DNA of 64,000 nt from Candidatus Altiarchaeota archaeon (lineage in GTDB: Archaea > Altiarchaeota > Altiarchaeia > IMC4 > QMZM01): the NCBI GenBank assembly GCA_016931955.1, contig JAFGDV010000012.1:1-64000 (forward strand). The letters are read 5' to 3'. This document shows, piece after piece, positions 26,607 to 36,669 of this stretch (positions are counted from its first letter, which is position 1; every line of letters begins with the position of its first letter). The notes beneath the pieces were generated by a model. It was not told where the DNA came from and made no database searches. It worked only from the letters and a program-made list of their open reading frames with translations. Made by a program: the position numbers and the translations under genes.

Positions 26607-27551
26607 ATGGATCCCCTAATAATCTCATCCATAATGTTTTTTGTCGGCTTCTTTGTCACTTTTTTGTACACCCCGCGCTTTATCCATAAAGCCACTACGA
26701 TGGGCTTCGTCGTCATGGACATGTACAAGAAGGGCAAGCCGTTGATTCCCAACGTGGGCGGTCTCACCATCTTAGCCGGCACCTTGGCTTCTTTGATGGC
26801 TGCACAACTCCTTGTGCCCATGGACAAGATACTCATTTTTTACTTCATCGTCACCTCTTTCGCCTTATTCGGTCTAGCAGACGATCTACTCAATGTGGGC
26901 AGGCCCTCCAAGATATACATTCCCTTCCTCCTTTCCCTACCCATCGCTATCCTCTGTAAGGATACTACGCTGTCTCTTGGCTTCATGGAGGTCGAATTGA
27001 GCACCTTGTATGCTTACCTCATCTGCCCCCTTTATGTGATGGTCGTCGCCAACTTGGTGAACATGCACTCCGGCTTCAATGGTCTCTCCGTGGGCCTCTC
27101 CACTAACCTCCTCATCTTTATCGCCGCTAAGGCCTACCTCTCTAACGGCGTGGAAAGTCTCTACTATATCCTGCCTCTCTTCGGTTCCTTGATCGCCTTC
27201 CAGTATTATGACTTCTATCCAGCCAAGATTCTCTGGGGTAATGTTGGCAGCTTGATGGTGGGTTCCGCCGTCGGCGGCTTGATCGTCGTGAACAGATTGG
27301 AGGCTTTTGGTTTTGTTCTCTTGATCCCCCATATCGTCAATTTTTTGATGTATGTTGTCTGGAAGATCAAGAACTTAGGTGACGTGAAATTCGGTAGAGT
27401 CCAAGAGGATGGTTCTTTGTGGGTGCCTAATCCTTGGACTTTGAAGTGGGTTTTGCCTTATTATTTTAGGGTGACTGAGCATCAGGCTATGTGGTTTATG
27501 TATTTGTTGACGACTTTGTTCGGCGTGCTTGCCTTTGTATTAGTACCTTAG
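26607..27551 (+). CDS. polyprenyl-phosphate GlcNAc-1-P transferase (MraY/AglH/GPT family)
   Basis: Multi-TM protein with IPNVGG, FGLADD, NLVNMHSGFNGL and PAKILWGNVGS. Confidence 0.85.
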   Translation: MDPLIISSIMFFVGFFVTFLYTPRFIHKATTMGFVVMDMYKKGKPLIPNVGGLTILAGTLASLMAAQLLVPMDKILIFYFIVTSFALFGLADDLLNVGRPSKIYIPFLLSLPIAILCKDTTLSLGFMEVELSTLYAYLICPLYVMVVANLVNMHSGFNGLSVGLSTNLLIFIAAKAYLSNGVESLYYILPLFGSLIAFQYYDFYPAKILWGNVGSLMVGSAVGGLIVVNRLEAFGFVLLIPHIVNFLMYVVWKIKNLGDVKFGRVQEDGSLWVPNPWTLKWVLPYYFRVTEHQAMWFMYLLTTLFGVLAFVLVP

Positions 27552-27555
27552 TAAG

Positions 27556-28404
27556 ATGGATCAATACAAAATCTCGAAGGCGTGGTTTGCGGTGGTTATG
27601 CTTTGCCTTATTGGTTCCCTCGTTTTCCTAGAGGTTGGCATGTCATATTTCCCATTTGTCTGGGTTGCTGTGGGCGTCATCGTCCTCTATAAGGCTCGGT
27701 ATCAGCCTTCTTTAGGTCTATCTATACCTTTGAAGATTGTCTGTGTGTTGTTTGGACTTAGCGCTTGTGTTCTTGCTTTTTCCATGGATTCTTTTCGTAT
27801 GCCTGAGGTCTCTCTTCTCCTCTCTGGTCTCAGTATTATTTTCTTCGCTGTCTTGGGTTTCCGAGGCCTCATAATTCCTACAGGAGTACCTATTGTTGTT
27901 TCTTTGGCTTCTCGTTTCATCCGACCATTGATGGTTTCTTTAATCGAGCCTTTGGTTAAACTTACTTTCCTTGTTGTTTCTTTTGTTTTTGGTTTGTTTG
28001 TTGAGGTCCAAACGAGGGATGTGAATAATGTTTTGTCTTTTAAGTCGGTGAACGGTGTTTTCATGAATATCGGCATTGATAATTCTTGTTCTGGTATTTG
28101 GTCTCTTGGGGCGTTCGTCATTGCCATGTTCTTGGTTCTCATAGTCTTTCCTTATATTTTCAGGGAGTGGATCTTGTTTTTCTCCATCGGCTTTGCAGTC
28201 ACCTATTTCCTCAACATTGTGAGGATTGTATTTGTCTGTTTTGTGGGTTATTATACTGGCTCTTATGAGCAGGTCATGTTTGCTCACACCCATATTGGTT
28301 GGATCTTGTTCACAATTTGGATGATCGTTTTCTGGTATTTCTTCATATCGGAATTCCTTAAAGATAGAAAGTCGCGAGGGATTGAAATTGAAACAACTAA
28401 CTGA
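27556..28404 (+). CDS. artC: archaeosortase/exosortase family transpeptidase (ArtC-like)
   Basis: Multi-TM protein with a Cys-Arg-His triad (IDNSCSGI, LNIVRI, FAHTHIGW); adjacent to PEF-CTERM genes and an MraY-like gene. Confidence 0.85.
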   Translation: MDQYKISKAWFAVVMLCLIGSLVFLEVGMSYFPFVWVAVGVIVLYKARYQPSLGLSIPLKIVCVLFGLSACVLAFSMDSFRMPEVSLLLSGLSIIFFAVLGFRGLIIPTGVPIVVSLASRFIRPLMVSLIEPLVKLTFLVVSFVFGLFVEVQTRDVNNVLSFKSVNGVFMNIGIDNSCSGIWSLGAFVIAMFLVLIVFPYIFREWILFFSIGFAVTYFLNIVRIVFVCFVGYYTGSYEQVMFAHTHIGWILFTIWMIVFWYFFISEFLKDRKSRGIEIETTN

Positions 28405-28411
28405 TAAAATA

Positions 28412-29722
28412 ATGGATAAAACAGTAAAGATAGGTGTGATAGGTTTAGGTTATGTTGGACTTCCGTTATCAATTGCTTTCGCTAATAAATTCAAGGTTTA
28501 TGGCTACGACGTATCCTCTGAGAGGATTGAATCTCTTTCAAGAGGTGAATCCCATATAGTAGACATCAAAGATGAAGAAGTCAAGAGGGTTCTTAAAAAG
28601 ACTTTTTATCCGACAAAGGATAAAAAAGACTTAGTTAGTTGTGATTTTCTCATAATCTGTGTTCCAACGCCATTAGATAAGAAGAAAAAACCTGACCTAA
28701 GTTACATAAAGGACGCCACCCGTATGATATCCTCCATCTTAAGGGAGAATCATTTTGTAATCCTTGAGAGCACAACCTATCCAGGAACTACTGAGGAGGT
28801 CGTAATTCCCCTTTTGGAGAAAAGTAGTTTGAAGGTTGGTAGGGATTTTAGGGTGGCTTTTTCTCCTGAGAGGGTTGATCCTGGGAACAAGAAGTACCGA
28901 ATAGAAAACACTCCAAAGGTGGTTGGCGGATATGATTCCGAGTCTACGGAGATAGCATTCAGTTTGTATAGTACCATAGTTGAAGCAGGCGTCATTAAAG
29001 TTAAGGATTGTAGGACTGCTGAAGCAATAAAAATCTTTGAGAACATCTTTAGGGGGGTAAACATCGCTCTTGTGAATGAGATAGCCTTGATATTTGAGAA
29101 AATGGGAATAGATACTTGGGAGGCTATAAATGCTGCTTCAACTAAACCATTTGGCTTTATGCCTTTTTACCCTGGCCCAGGTATCGGAGGTCATTGCATC
29201 CCCTTGGATCCATATTATTTATCCTACAAAGCAAGACAGGTTGGCTATAATCCTCGCTTTATCGAACTGAGTGGTGAACTCAATGATTACATGAAGGTGC
29301 ATGCAGTTAATCTTGTCACTAGAGGGCTAAAGGCTGTTGGAAAAAGACTCTTTGATTCAAAGATAGCGGTTATGGGCTTGGCTTATAAGAGGGACATTGA
29401 TGACACAAGAGAATCACCAACTGAGGGCATAATAGAAGAACTAGTGAATCAAGGAAGCCATGTGAAAGTCTATGACCCTTTTGCCAAATCAATAAAGACA
29501 GATTTTGGAGTTTTTAAATCAGAGAAAACATTGAGTGATGCATTAAGTGGTGTTGATTGTGCCATTTTTGTTACAGACCATACTGAATTCAAGAAAATAG
29601 ATATGCAAAAATTCAAAGAAACGATGAATTCTCCAGTTGTTGTTGATTGTAAAAATATTTTTGACCGAAATAGGATGGAGGGGTTTGGATACTACGGAAT
29701 AGGAAAACCTCTTTTGGATTAA
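28412..29722 (+). CDS. UDP-N-acetylhexosamine dehydrogenase (WbpA/WecC/TviB family)
   Basis: Motifs GLGYVGLP, ESTTYPGTT, SPERVDPG and GGHCIPLDP. The start could alternatively be TTG 28382. Confidence 0.9.
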   Translation: MDKTVKIGVIGLGYVGLPLSIAFANKFKVYGYDVSSERIESLSRGESHIVDIKDEEVKRVLKKTFYPTKDKKDLVSCDFLIICVPTPLDKKKKPDLSYIKDATRMISSILRENHFVILESTTYPGTTEEVVIPLLEKSSLKVGRDFRVAFSPERVDPGNKKYRIENTPKVVGGYDSESTEIAFSLYSTIVEAGVIKVKDCRTAEAIKIFENIFRGVNIALVNEIALIFEKMGIDTWEAINAASTKPFGFMPFYPGPGIGGHCIPLDPYYLSYKARQVGYNPRFIELSGELNDYMKVHAVNLVTRGLKAVGKRLFDSKIAVMGLAYKRDIDDTRESPTEGIIEELVNQGSHVKVYDPFAKSIKTDFGVFKSEKTLSDALSGVDCAIFVTDHTEFKKIDMQKFKETMNSPVVVDCKNIFDRNRMEGFGYYGIGKPLLD

Positions 29723-29723
29723 A

Positions 29724-30485
29724 ATGCAGCGAGATTTTACTATTAGAAAATATTTAGAACTCTGTAATGCGGTAAAGGAAGGTTATACAGTGGTGACTGT
29801 TGCAGACTACATCTTAGAGCAACCACAGAGATGTGTAATTCTCCGGCATGATATCGACATCAGTGCCAATAAGGCCCTTGGGATAGCTAAATTGGAAAAG
29901 GATGTGGGTGTAAGTTCTACGTACTATTTTAGGATGATTCCTGGGATATTCAAGCCAGATATTATAGAAGATATACAGAGCATGGGGCATGAAATCGGCT
30001 ATCACTATGAAGTCTTAGACAAGACAAAAGGAAATAAGAAGAGGGCAATACGGCTATTTGAAAAGGAACTTGAAAAATTCCGTAAAATTTGCGACATCAA
30101 AACAATTGCTATGCATGGTAACCCTTATACTCCTTGGATTAATTGCTCTCTTTGGGATGATATAGACTTCAGGGATTATGGTATAATAGGTGAAGCCTAT
30201 TTAAGTTTGGACTACTCAAAGATCCCATATTTTACAGATACCAGTAGAACATGGGATGGTAGATACAACATAAAGGATCTTGTAAGAATAAAAAACCCTT
30301 ATTCTAGAGAGTTAGGTTGCACAGATGACCTTATTAGGATAATACAAACGAAAAAACTTAGGAGTATCTGCATCAACACTCACCCTAAGAGGTGGAATGA
30401 TTCCTTCCTCCCATGGCTTTGGGAGCTAGGATCACAATCAACAAAGAATCTTTTTAAGTTATGTCTAAAATGCAATCGACAATAG
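29724..30485 (+). CDS. polysaccharide deacetylase-like protein
   Basis: Motifs ILRHDID, GHEIGYHYE, MHG and HPKRW. Confidence 0.75.
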   Translation: MQRDFTIRKYLELCNAVKEGYTVVTVADYILEQPQRCVILRHDIDISANKALGIAKLEKDVGVSSTYYFRMIPGIFKPDIIEDIQSMGHEIGYHYEVLDKTKGNKKRAIRLFEKELEKFRKICDIKTIAMHGNPYTPWINCSLWDDIDFRDYGIIGEAYLSLDYSKIPYFTDTSRTWDGRYNIKDLVRIKNPYSRELGCTDDLIRIIQTKKLRSICINTHPKRWNDSFLPWLWELGSQSTKNLFKLCLKCNRQ

Positions 30486-31483
30486 AGATTAAATCATCAG
30501 TCAATAGGGAGAAATGGTCTAAGTTCGTTGGAGAAAATCCTTATGGTAACCTCTTCCAGAGTCCCAAGATGTTTGAAGTTTTTCTTAGAACAAAAAACAT
30601 GGAACCTGTATGCCTTTTCGCTGTTGATGAAAATGATAATATCCTAGCCTCTGTTCTCGCTTTTTTGTCAAAAGAAAAAGGTGGGATTCTTAAGTCAGTA
30701 GCTACAAGGGCTGTGATTCATGGTGGACCATTATCCTACACAGAAGACAGAACCAACAATCTATGTAAGTTAATGTCGAGATATGATGAGATTGTATCAC
30801 AGAAGGCTATGTTTACGGAGATACGGATGCTGCACGAAATACCTGAATTTTCAATCCTCGCAGAAGTTGGATACACCTATGATGATCATTTAAATTTTCT
30901 TTTAGATTTGACCAAATCTGAGGAGGATATATGGGGGAAAATTCATAATTCTAAGAGGAGAGGGATTAAAAGAGCTCAGAGTATTGGCATCACAGTCAAA
31001 GAGGTGGCAGATAAGAGAGACATTAAAATCGTTTATAATCTCTTGGAAGAGACCTACAGAAGGGCTAGAATCCCTCTTGCAAACATATCCTTGTTTGAAT
31101 CCACCTTTGATGTACTATGTCCTTTAGGTCAATTCAAGGCCTTTTTGATCATGTATGAGGGAGAAGCAATAGCAAGTCGTGTTCTTCTTACTTATGGAAA
31201 TACTGTCTACGACTGGTATAACGGATCGTTGGAGAAGAGTTTTCCACTACACGCTAATGATTTATCCGAATGGCATGCCATAAAATGGTCAAAAGATAAC
31301 GGATATAAAATTTTTGATTTCTGCGGAGCAGGAAAACCTAATGAGGAATATGGTCCACGTGAGTTCAAGAGGCGGTTTGGAGGTGAACTCGTCAATCTTG
31401 GCAGATACAATAAAGTCTATCATCCAATACGCTTAAATATCGCAAAGATAGGATATGGGGTATATAGGAGGATATTCATATGA
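30461..31483 (+). CDS. FemAB/FemX-like GNAT-fold protein
   Basis: Motifs GNLFQS, HGGP, LLDLTKSEEDIW..RRGIKRA and FDFCGAG...FKRRFGG. Confidence 0.85.
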   Translation: MSKMQSTIEIKSSVNREKWSKFVGENPYGNLFQSPKMFEVFLRTKNMEPVCLFAVDENDNILASVLAFLSKEKGGILKSVATRAVIHGGPLSYTEDRTNNLCKLMSRYDEIVSQKAMFTEIRMLHEIPEFSILAEVGYTYDDHLNFLLDLTKSEEDIWGKIHNSKRRGIKRAQSIGITVKEVADKRDIKIVYNLLEETYRRARIPLANISLFESTFDVLCPLGQFKAFLIMYEGEAIASRVLLTYGNTVYDWYNGSLEKSFPLHANDLSEWHAIKWSKDNGYKIFDFCGAGKPNEEYGPREFKRRFGGELVNLGRYNKVYHPIRLNIAKIGYGVYRRIFI

Positions 31484-32562
31484 TGAAAGTTTTAGTTGAT
31501 ATAGGTCATCCTGCACACGTTCACTTTTTTAAGAACGTAATCTGGGAGTTGGAGAAAAAAGGTCATGAAGTAAAAATCACTGCGAGGGAGAAAGAGATCT
31601 CGTTAGACCTTCTTACAGCCTATGGATTTCAGTATACAAATCTCGGAAAAAACCGTACGGGTTTGATTAATAAAGCTATTGGAATGCTCAAAATGGATTA
31701 TAACATGTATAGGATAGCAAAGCAATTTAGACCCGACATACTTACCGGTTTAGGATCAATGTATGCCGCTCAAGTGGGAAAACTCATCAATAAACCCTCC
31801 ATCTTATTTACGGATACTGAACATGCAAAACTAGTTCATTGGTTGACAAACCCTTTTGCGACAGTAATTTGTACACCAACATGTTTCAAAAAAGACTTCG
31901 GTCAAAAACAAATTAGGTATAATGGCTACCATGAACTCGCATATCTTCACCCAGACTACTTTAGACCAAATGCAAAAGTATTAGATGAACTAGGTTTAGC
32001 GAGGGGTGAGAGATTTATCATTTTAAGGTTTGTTTCATGGAAAGCAAGTCATGATATCGGACGTAAAGGTTTTGATATGGCAACAATCAAGGATTACGTG
32101 AAGAAACTTGAGTCCTATGGCCGGGTTTTTATAACATCAGAGGCTACACTCACCCAAGACCTTGAAAAGTATAGGATTATGATAAATTCCGAAAAGATTC
32201 ATGATCTGCTTTACTATGCCACAATGTATATCGGAGAAGGTGCTACAATGGCTTCTGAAGCAGCAATATTAGGGACACCTTCACTGTATGTAAATCCTCT
32301 TCCTCTTGGCTATATCTCAGAAGAAAGCGAGAGATATGGTCTTGTCCATATATTCCCAAATCCAAAAGAAGGGCAGATAAATGCACTGCAAAAAGCATTA
32401 GAACTCCTAGAAGACAAAAACTTAAAGAATGAATGGAAAGAGAAAAGAAAAAAACTTATTGAAGAAAAGATAGATGTAACACATTTCATAGTCGAGTTAA
32501 TTGATAGATACCCTAAAAGTACACAAGAATATTTGAATACTGAGAATGGACATATACCCTAG
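31480..32562 (+). CDS. DUF354 family GT-B glycosyltransferase-like protein
   Basis: Motifs VDIGHPAHVHFF, YNGYHELAYLHP and GEGATMASEAAILGTP. Confidence 0.85.
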   Translation: MMKVLVDIGHPAHVHFFKNVIWELEKKGHEVKITAREKEISLDLLTAYGFQYTNLGKNRTGLINKAIGMLKMDYNMYRIAKQFRPDILTGLGSMYAAQVGKLINKPSILFTDTEHAKLVHWLTNPFATVICTPTCFKKDFGQKQIRYNGYHELAYLHPDYFRPNAKVLDELGLARGERFIILRFVSWKASHDIGRKGFDMATIKDYVKKLESYGRVFITSEATLTQDLEKYRIMINSEKIHDLLYYATMYIGEGATMASEAAILGTPSLYVNPLPLGYISEESERYGLVHIFPNPKEGQINALQKALELLEDKNLKNEWKEKRKKLIEEKIDVTHFIVELIDRYPKSTQEYLNTENGHIP

Positions 32563-33886
32563 CTTATTTAAACGGTTAGTTTTCCCATTAATGGAAAATA
32601 TGTGCAGAACAGACATACAGAAACGTCTAAAATTTCTACAAGAAACACAATGGTGGGATAAATCAAAACTTGAGAAGCTACAAAACGAACGGCTTAGATC
32701 ATTAATACATCATGCTTATGATAACGTGCCATATTATAGGAGATTGTTCAGAGAGACTAAACTGTCACCTACAGATATAAAGACAAAAGAAGATTTATCC
32801 AAACTCCCAAGATTGACAAAGGAGATTATAAGGAAGAACCTAAAAGATATGCTTGCTACTAATATAGCAAAAACTTTTTTTGTTGAACGACACAGTAGTG
32901 GATCCACAGGAGAACCGATGAAGTATTTCATAGACAAAAATTCGTATAGTGATGGTTGGGCTCAAACCTTCCGTTGTTGGAGTTGGGCTGGTTATGAGTT
33001 AGGAGAACCTTATGTAAAAGTAAGCCTTAATCCTCGCATGTCAAAGTTAAAACTTTTACAAGACAAACTGATGAACTGCACTTATATGTATGCCTCAGAC
33101 ATAAACGAAAATACGGTATATAAGAAGATAGATCAGATAAGGATGTCTAAATCAAAGATTATCAGGGGATATCCCTCATCGCTATATATAATGTCCAAGT
33201 ATATGGAAGATGCAGGCATCACAAATCTTCACATGGATGCTATTACAACAACCGGCGATATGCTTTTCCCGAAATATAGAAATATGATAGAATCTAAATT
33301 CCATTGTAAAGTTTTTGATGGTTATGGTGGTGAGAATATTGTTGTTTCTTTCGAGTGTGAAAAACATGATGGTTACCATATATGTGATGAACATGTAATC
33401 ACAGAAGTTTTAAGTAATGGTGAAGCGGTTGACTATGGAGAACTTGGTGAGATAACCTTGACTAGTTTATGCAATTACGCTATGCCGTTTATAAGATACG
33501 GAATCAATGATGTTGGTCGACCTAAAAAGAGCGAATGTCCATGTGGGCGAGGACTTAGTATGATGGAAGGGATAGAAGGTAGAGATACTGATATTATAGT
33601 TACACCAAAAGGGGACCTCATAGTCGTACATTTTTTCACAATACTCTTTGAGTATATTGAAGGTGTTACTCAATTTCAAGTAATTCAAGATAAAATTGAT
33701 AGATTGAGGGTTAAAATAGTTAAAAATGATAGGTTTACTGAGGTAGACATAGAGCACATAAAATCAAAGCTCTTGGAACTGATGGGAGAGAATGCAGAGG
33801 TATTAGTTGATATAGTTGATGAAATTCCATTGGCGAAATCAGGGAAACGGAGATTCGTAATATCCAAAGTACCATTAAAATTTTGA
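32546..33886 (+). CDS. phenylacetate-CoA ligase-like adenylate-forming enzyme (CapK family)
   Basis: Motifs HAYDNVPYYR, SSGSTGEP, MPFIRY..D, GRDTD and SGKRRF. Confidence 0.88.
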   Translation: MDIYPSLFKRLVFPLMENMCRTDIQKRLKFLQETQWWDKSKLEKLQNERLRSLIHHAYDNVPYYRRLFRETKLSPTDIKTKEDLSKLPRLTKEIIRKNLKDMLATNIAKTFFVERHSSGSTGEPMKYFIDKNSYSDGWAQTFRCWSWAGYELGEPYVKVSLNPRMSKLKLLQDKLMNCTYMYASDINENTVYKKIDQIRMSKSKIIRGYPSSLYIMSKYMEDAGITNLHMDAITTTGDMLFPKYRNMIESKFHCKVFDGYGGENIVVSFECEKHDGYHICDEHVITEVLSNGEAVDYGELGEITLTSLCNYAMPFIRYGINDVGRPKKSECPCGRGLSMMEGIEGRDTDIIVTPKGDLIVVHFFTILFEYIEGVTQFQVIQDKIDRLRVKIVKNDRFTEVDIEHIKSKLLELMGENAEVLVDIVDEIPLAKSGKRRFVISKVPLKF

Positions 33887-34924
33887 TTGATTATGGCAAA
33901 GCTACACCATCCAAAAGTCAAAATTGGGCTAATCGCAAACTATGGAAGTGCAGGAGGGATATCCAGTCAAGTTGACTTACTCAACAAAAATCTGAGATTA
34001 GAAAATTTCGAAGTAACTCTGATATCAACAAGATCTAACTTATTTTTAAAGCCCTTTGTTTTGATATATACAATACTAAAGTCTCGCGAATGTGATGTGT
34101 TACATATACATGGTTGTTCGTGGTTTGGTTTCCTCCCTGTGGCCATGGGTGTCCTAGCAGGTAAGCTACTTAGGAAAAAAATCGTCATAACATACCATGG
34201 CGGAGAAGTAAGTGATTTTCTCGATAGATTCATGTTTGTATGCAAACCAATTTTATTTATCGCAAAGAAGATAACTGTCCCATCACAGTACCTCAAAAGC
34301 GTTTTTGATGAGCGTGGAATTAATGTGGATGTTGTCCCAAATATACTTGATATTGAGAATTTTCCTTACTGTAAAAGAAAGCAGATAAGGCCAAAACTGT
34401 TAATCGTGAAACACTTAGAGCAGGTATACAATATTAAGATGGGCATTATGGCATTTGGTATAGTAAAGAACAATTTCCCTGATGCAGAGCTTAAAATAGT
34501 TGGGTCAGGTTCACAAGAAAATAAGCTTAGAGCCCTTGTAAAAGAATTAGGTCTCAACGATAGTGTTTGCTTTTTAGGCGTGATAGACCACAATAAGATA
34601 GCAGGTATCTACAAAGAATCAGATATATTCCTCAACTGTTCAATTTTCGAGAGTTTTGGTATGGTTCTCTTAGAAGCAATGGCTTCTGGTTTACCTGTTG
34701 TTTCAACTAATGTGGGCGGCATACCATCGATAATAGAAGACCGCGTAAATGGCTTTTTAGTGGAACCAGACGACTATCAAGGGATGGCAAAAAGTATCAT
34801 ATCCCTCCTAGAAAATCAAGAAATAGTAAATAGAGTTGTTATCAATGGACGACAAAAATCTGAGGAGCATACATGGGAGGGGATAAGACAAAGCATAATA
34901 TCATTATATGAGTCAGATAACTAA
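33887..34924 (+). CDS. glycosyltransferase family 4
   Basis: E-x7-E motif ESFGMVLLEAMASG. Confidence 0.9.
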   Translation: MIMAKLHHPKVKIGLIANYGSAGGISSQVDLLNKNLRLENFEVTLISTRSNLFLKPFVLIYTILKSRECDVLHIHGCSWFGFLPVAMGVLAGKLLRKKIVITYHGGEVSDFLDRFMFVCKPILFIAKKITVPSQYLKSVFDERGINVDVVPNILDIENFPYCKRKQIRPKLLIVKHLEQVYNIKMGIMAFGIVKNNFPDAELKIVGSGSQENKLRALVKELGLNDSVCFLGVIDHNKIAGIYKESDIFLNCSIFESFGMVLLEAMASGLPVVSTNVGGIPSIIEDRVNGFLVEPDDYQGMAKSIISLLENQEIVNRVVINGRQKSEEHTWEGIRQSIISLYESDN

Positions 34925-34926
34925 GA

Positions 34927-36663
34927 ATGCAACACAAAACAGAGTTACCCAAGTTAGGTAAAGAACATTTAATTTTACTAATGCTTGTCTTATTAAACGT
35001 AGCAATTAGGTTACCAGTAGTTCCACATGAGGTAGGATCCGACTCTTTTGTTTACCATGACATGGCGAAGAGTATTATTGATGATAAACAAGTAAAATGG
35101 ACGTTTTATTTCTGGGAACTTTTCTCGAAGGATTCATCTTCTCTGCCAGTTATAAGTTCTTTAAATTTAGCGATTTTATCCAAAGTCACAAGGTTGGATA
35201 TAGAGGGAATAATTTTGATATTCTCTGTATTCTTGGGCATAGTTGGAACTCTGTCCGCCTACCTCATGGCAAAAGAGCTAACTAAGAATACAAAAATAAG
35301 ATTACTTATAACATTCCTCTTCTCATTATCCCCTATCTATCTATCTATCACCATGTTTACAGTGTCTACAAGAGGCCTTAATATGGCGATTTTGCCTTTA
35401 TTAATCTGGTGTCTTCTTAGACTGCAGAATACTAAGAGAAGCATATACATAGTTCTTACAACATTTCTCTTCATGTTGTTTATTCCCATACATCATTCTT
35501 TTGTCTTAGTTTATTCCATTATAATGGCTTTTATAGCAGCCCATTTTTATTTCAAAGTTGTAGACAGAACAAAATCATTAAAGAAACGATTTCATTTACA
35601 TCTCCCAGTAGCATTATTTCTTATATTAATTGTTGTCACCATAGTATCGGCCTTCGTCTTAAACTATTTCTTGCATATGTTTTCACTCAATATATTACTC
35701 TTTATAACTCTCTTATTTGTTTTTTATGTGACATACGCTTTCAATGAGAATATCCATTACTTGTCCAATAGAACGCAGAGAATCTTGGATTTTCTGTATT
35801 TGTTTTTGCCTTTAATCTTAGTTGTTATGCTTCTATCACTTATACTTGTTCAGTTCTTCTCAGGTCTTGCATTTTTTGAGAAATTGAGGGGAGGTTACGA
35901 ACAGGGTTTGTTCTTTGAAGGGAGTTCTAGTTATATAATCTTTTTGAATATGTGCATAGACTATGGCAGTAGTGAGGGTATACTCTCACCTTTTGCAATT
36001 ATTGGTTTTCTCACGATGCTAGCGTCTGTCAATAAAAACAAGAATTATCTCTTCCTGTTTTTAGCGTTAATCTCAAGTTCTTTTTTACTTGTTTATGGAG
36101 AGTATATGACAATCTTTTTATTACCGTTATTTTCGATACTAACAGGTTATGGTTTAATGGCATTTGCATCGAAGCTAAGAAAACATAGAAAACTAATAAC
36201 TTCATTCTTTATTGTTTGTGTAGCTATATCATTGGTTTTCTCCAACTTTATGCTTTATCACTGGGTATTGTCAAAGAGAGATAGAGCAGGTAATACAGGA
36301 TGGCTACAGGAGAGAACAATACATGTCAGCTATTTTCTTGACAAGATGAATGGGTATGGAACCTCTATATTGACTAATGATGCCCTCTTTGCTCGGCAAA
36401 CAAAAACTATCCTCCAAAATACAGAAATTGGTGGGATGTATGAACTAACAAATCAACCATATGAAAGTCAACGTATGCTAAATCTAATTTCAGATGATAA
36501 GCTGAGGTACTTTATGAAAAACGAGAACATTCCTCAAGAAACAACAGGAGCTGAACGGTTATATCCTTCACCTTTTATTATGCGTATAGACCGGAATGAA
36601 GACAAAATTTATGATAATGGCTTTCAGGGGATATGGGATTTGTACAGATTGATGGAAAGTTAG
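34927..36663 (+). CDS. polytopic membrane protein (GT-C or polymerase-like)
   Basis: More than 12 hydrophobic segments; HEVGSDSF loop; KIYDNG C-terminus. Confidence 0.65.
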   Translation: MQHKTELPKLGKEHLILLMLVLLNVAIRLPVVPHEVGSDSFVYHDMAKSIIDDKQVKWTFYFWELFSKDSSSLPVISSLNLAILSKVTRLDIEGIILIFSVFLGIVGTLSAYLMAKELTKNTKIRLLITFLFSLSPIYLSITMFTVSTRGLNMAILPLLIWCLLRLQNTKRSIYIVLTTFLFMLFIPIHHSFVLVYSIIMAFIAAHFYFKVVDRTKSLKKRFHLHLPVALFLILIVVTIVSAFVLNYFLHMFSLNILLFITLLFVFYVTYAFNENIHYLSNRTQRILDFLYLFLPLILVVMLLSLILVQFFSGLAFFEKLRGGYEQGLFFEGSSSYIIFLNMCIDYGSSEGILSPFAIIGFLTMLASVNKNKNYLFLFLALISSSFLLVYGEYMTIFLLPLFSILTGYGLMAFASKLRKHRKLITSFFIVCVAISLVFSNFMLYHWVLSKRDRAGNTGWLQERTIHVSYFLDKMNGYGTSILTNDALFARQTKTILQNTEIGGMYELTNQPYESQRMLNLISDDKLRYFMKNENIPQETTGAERLYPSPFIMRIDRNEDKIYDNGFQGIWDLYRLMES

Positions 36664-36669
36664 ATTAAT

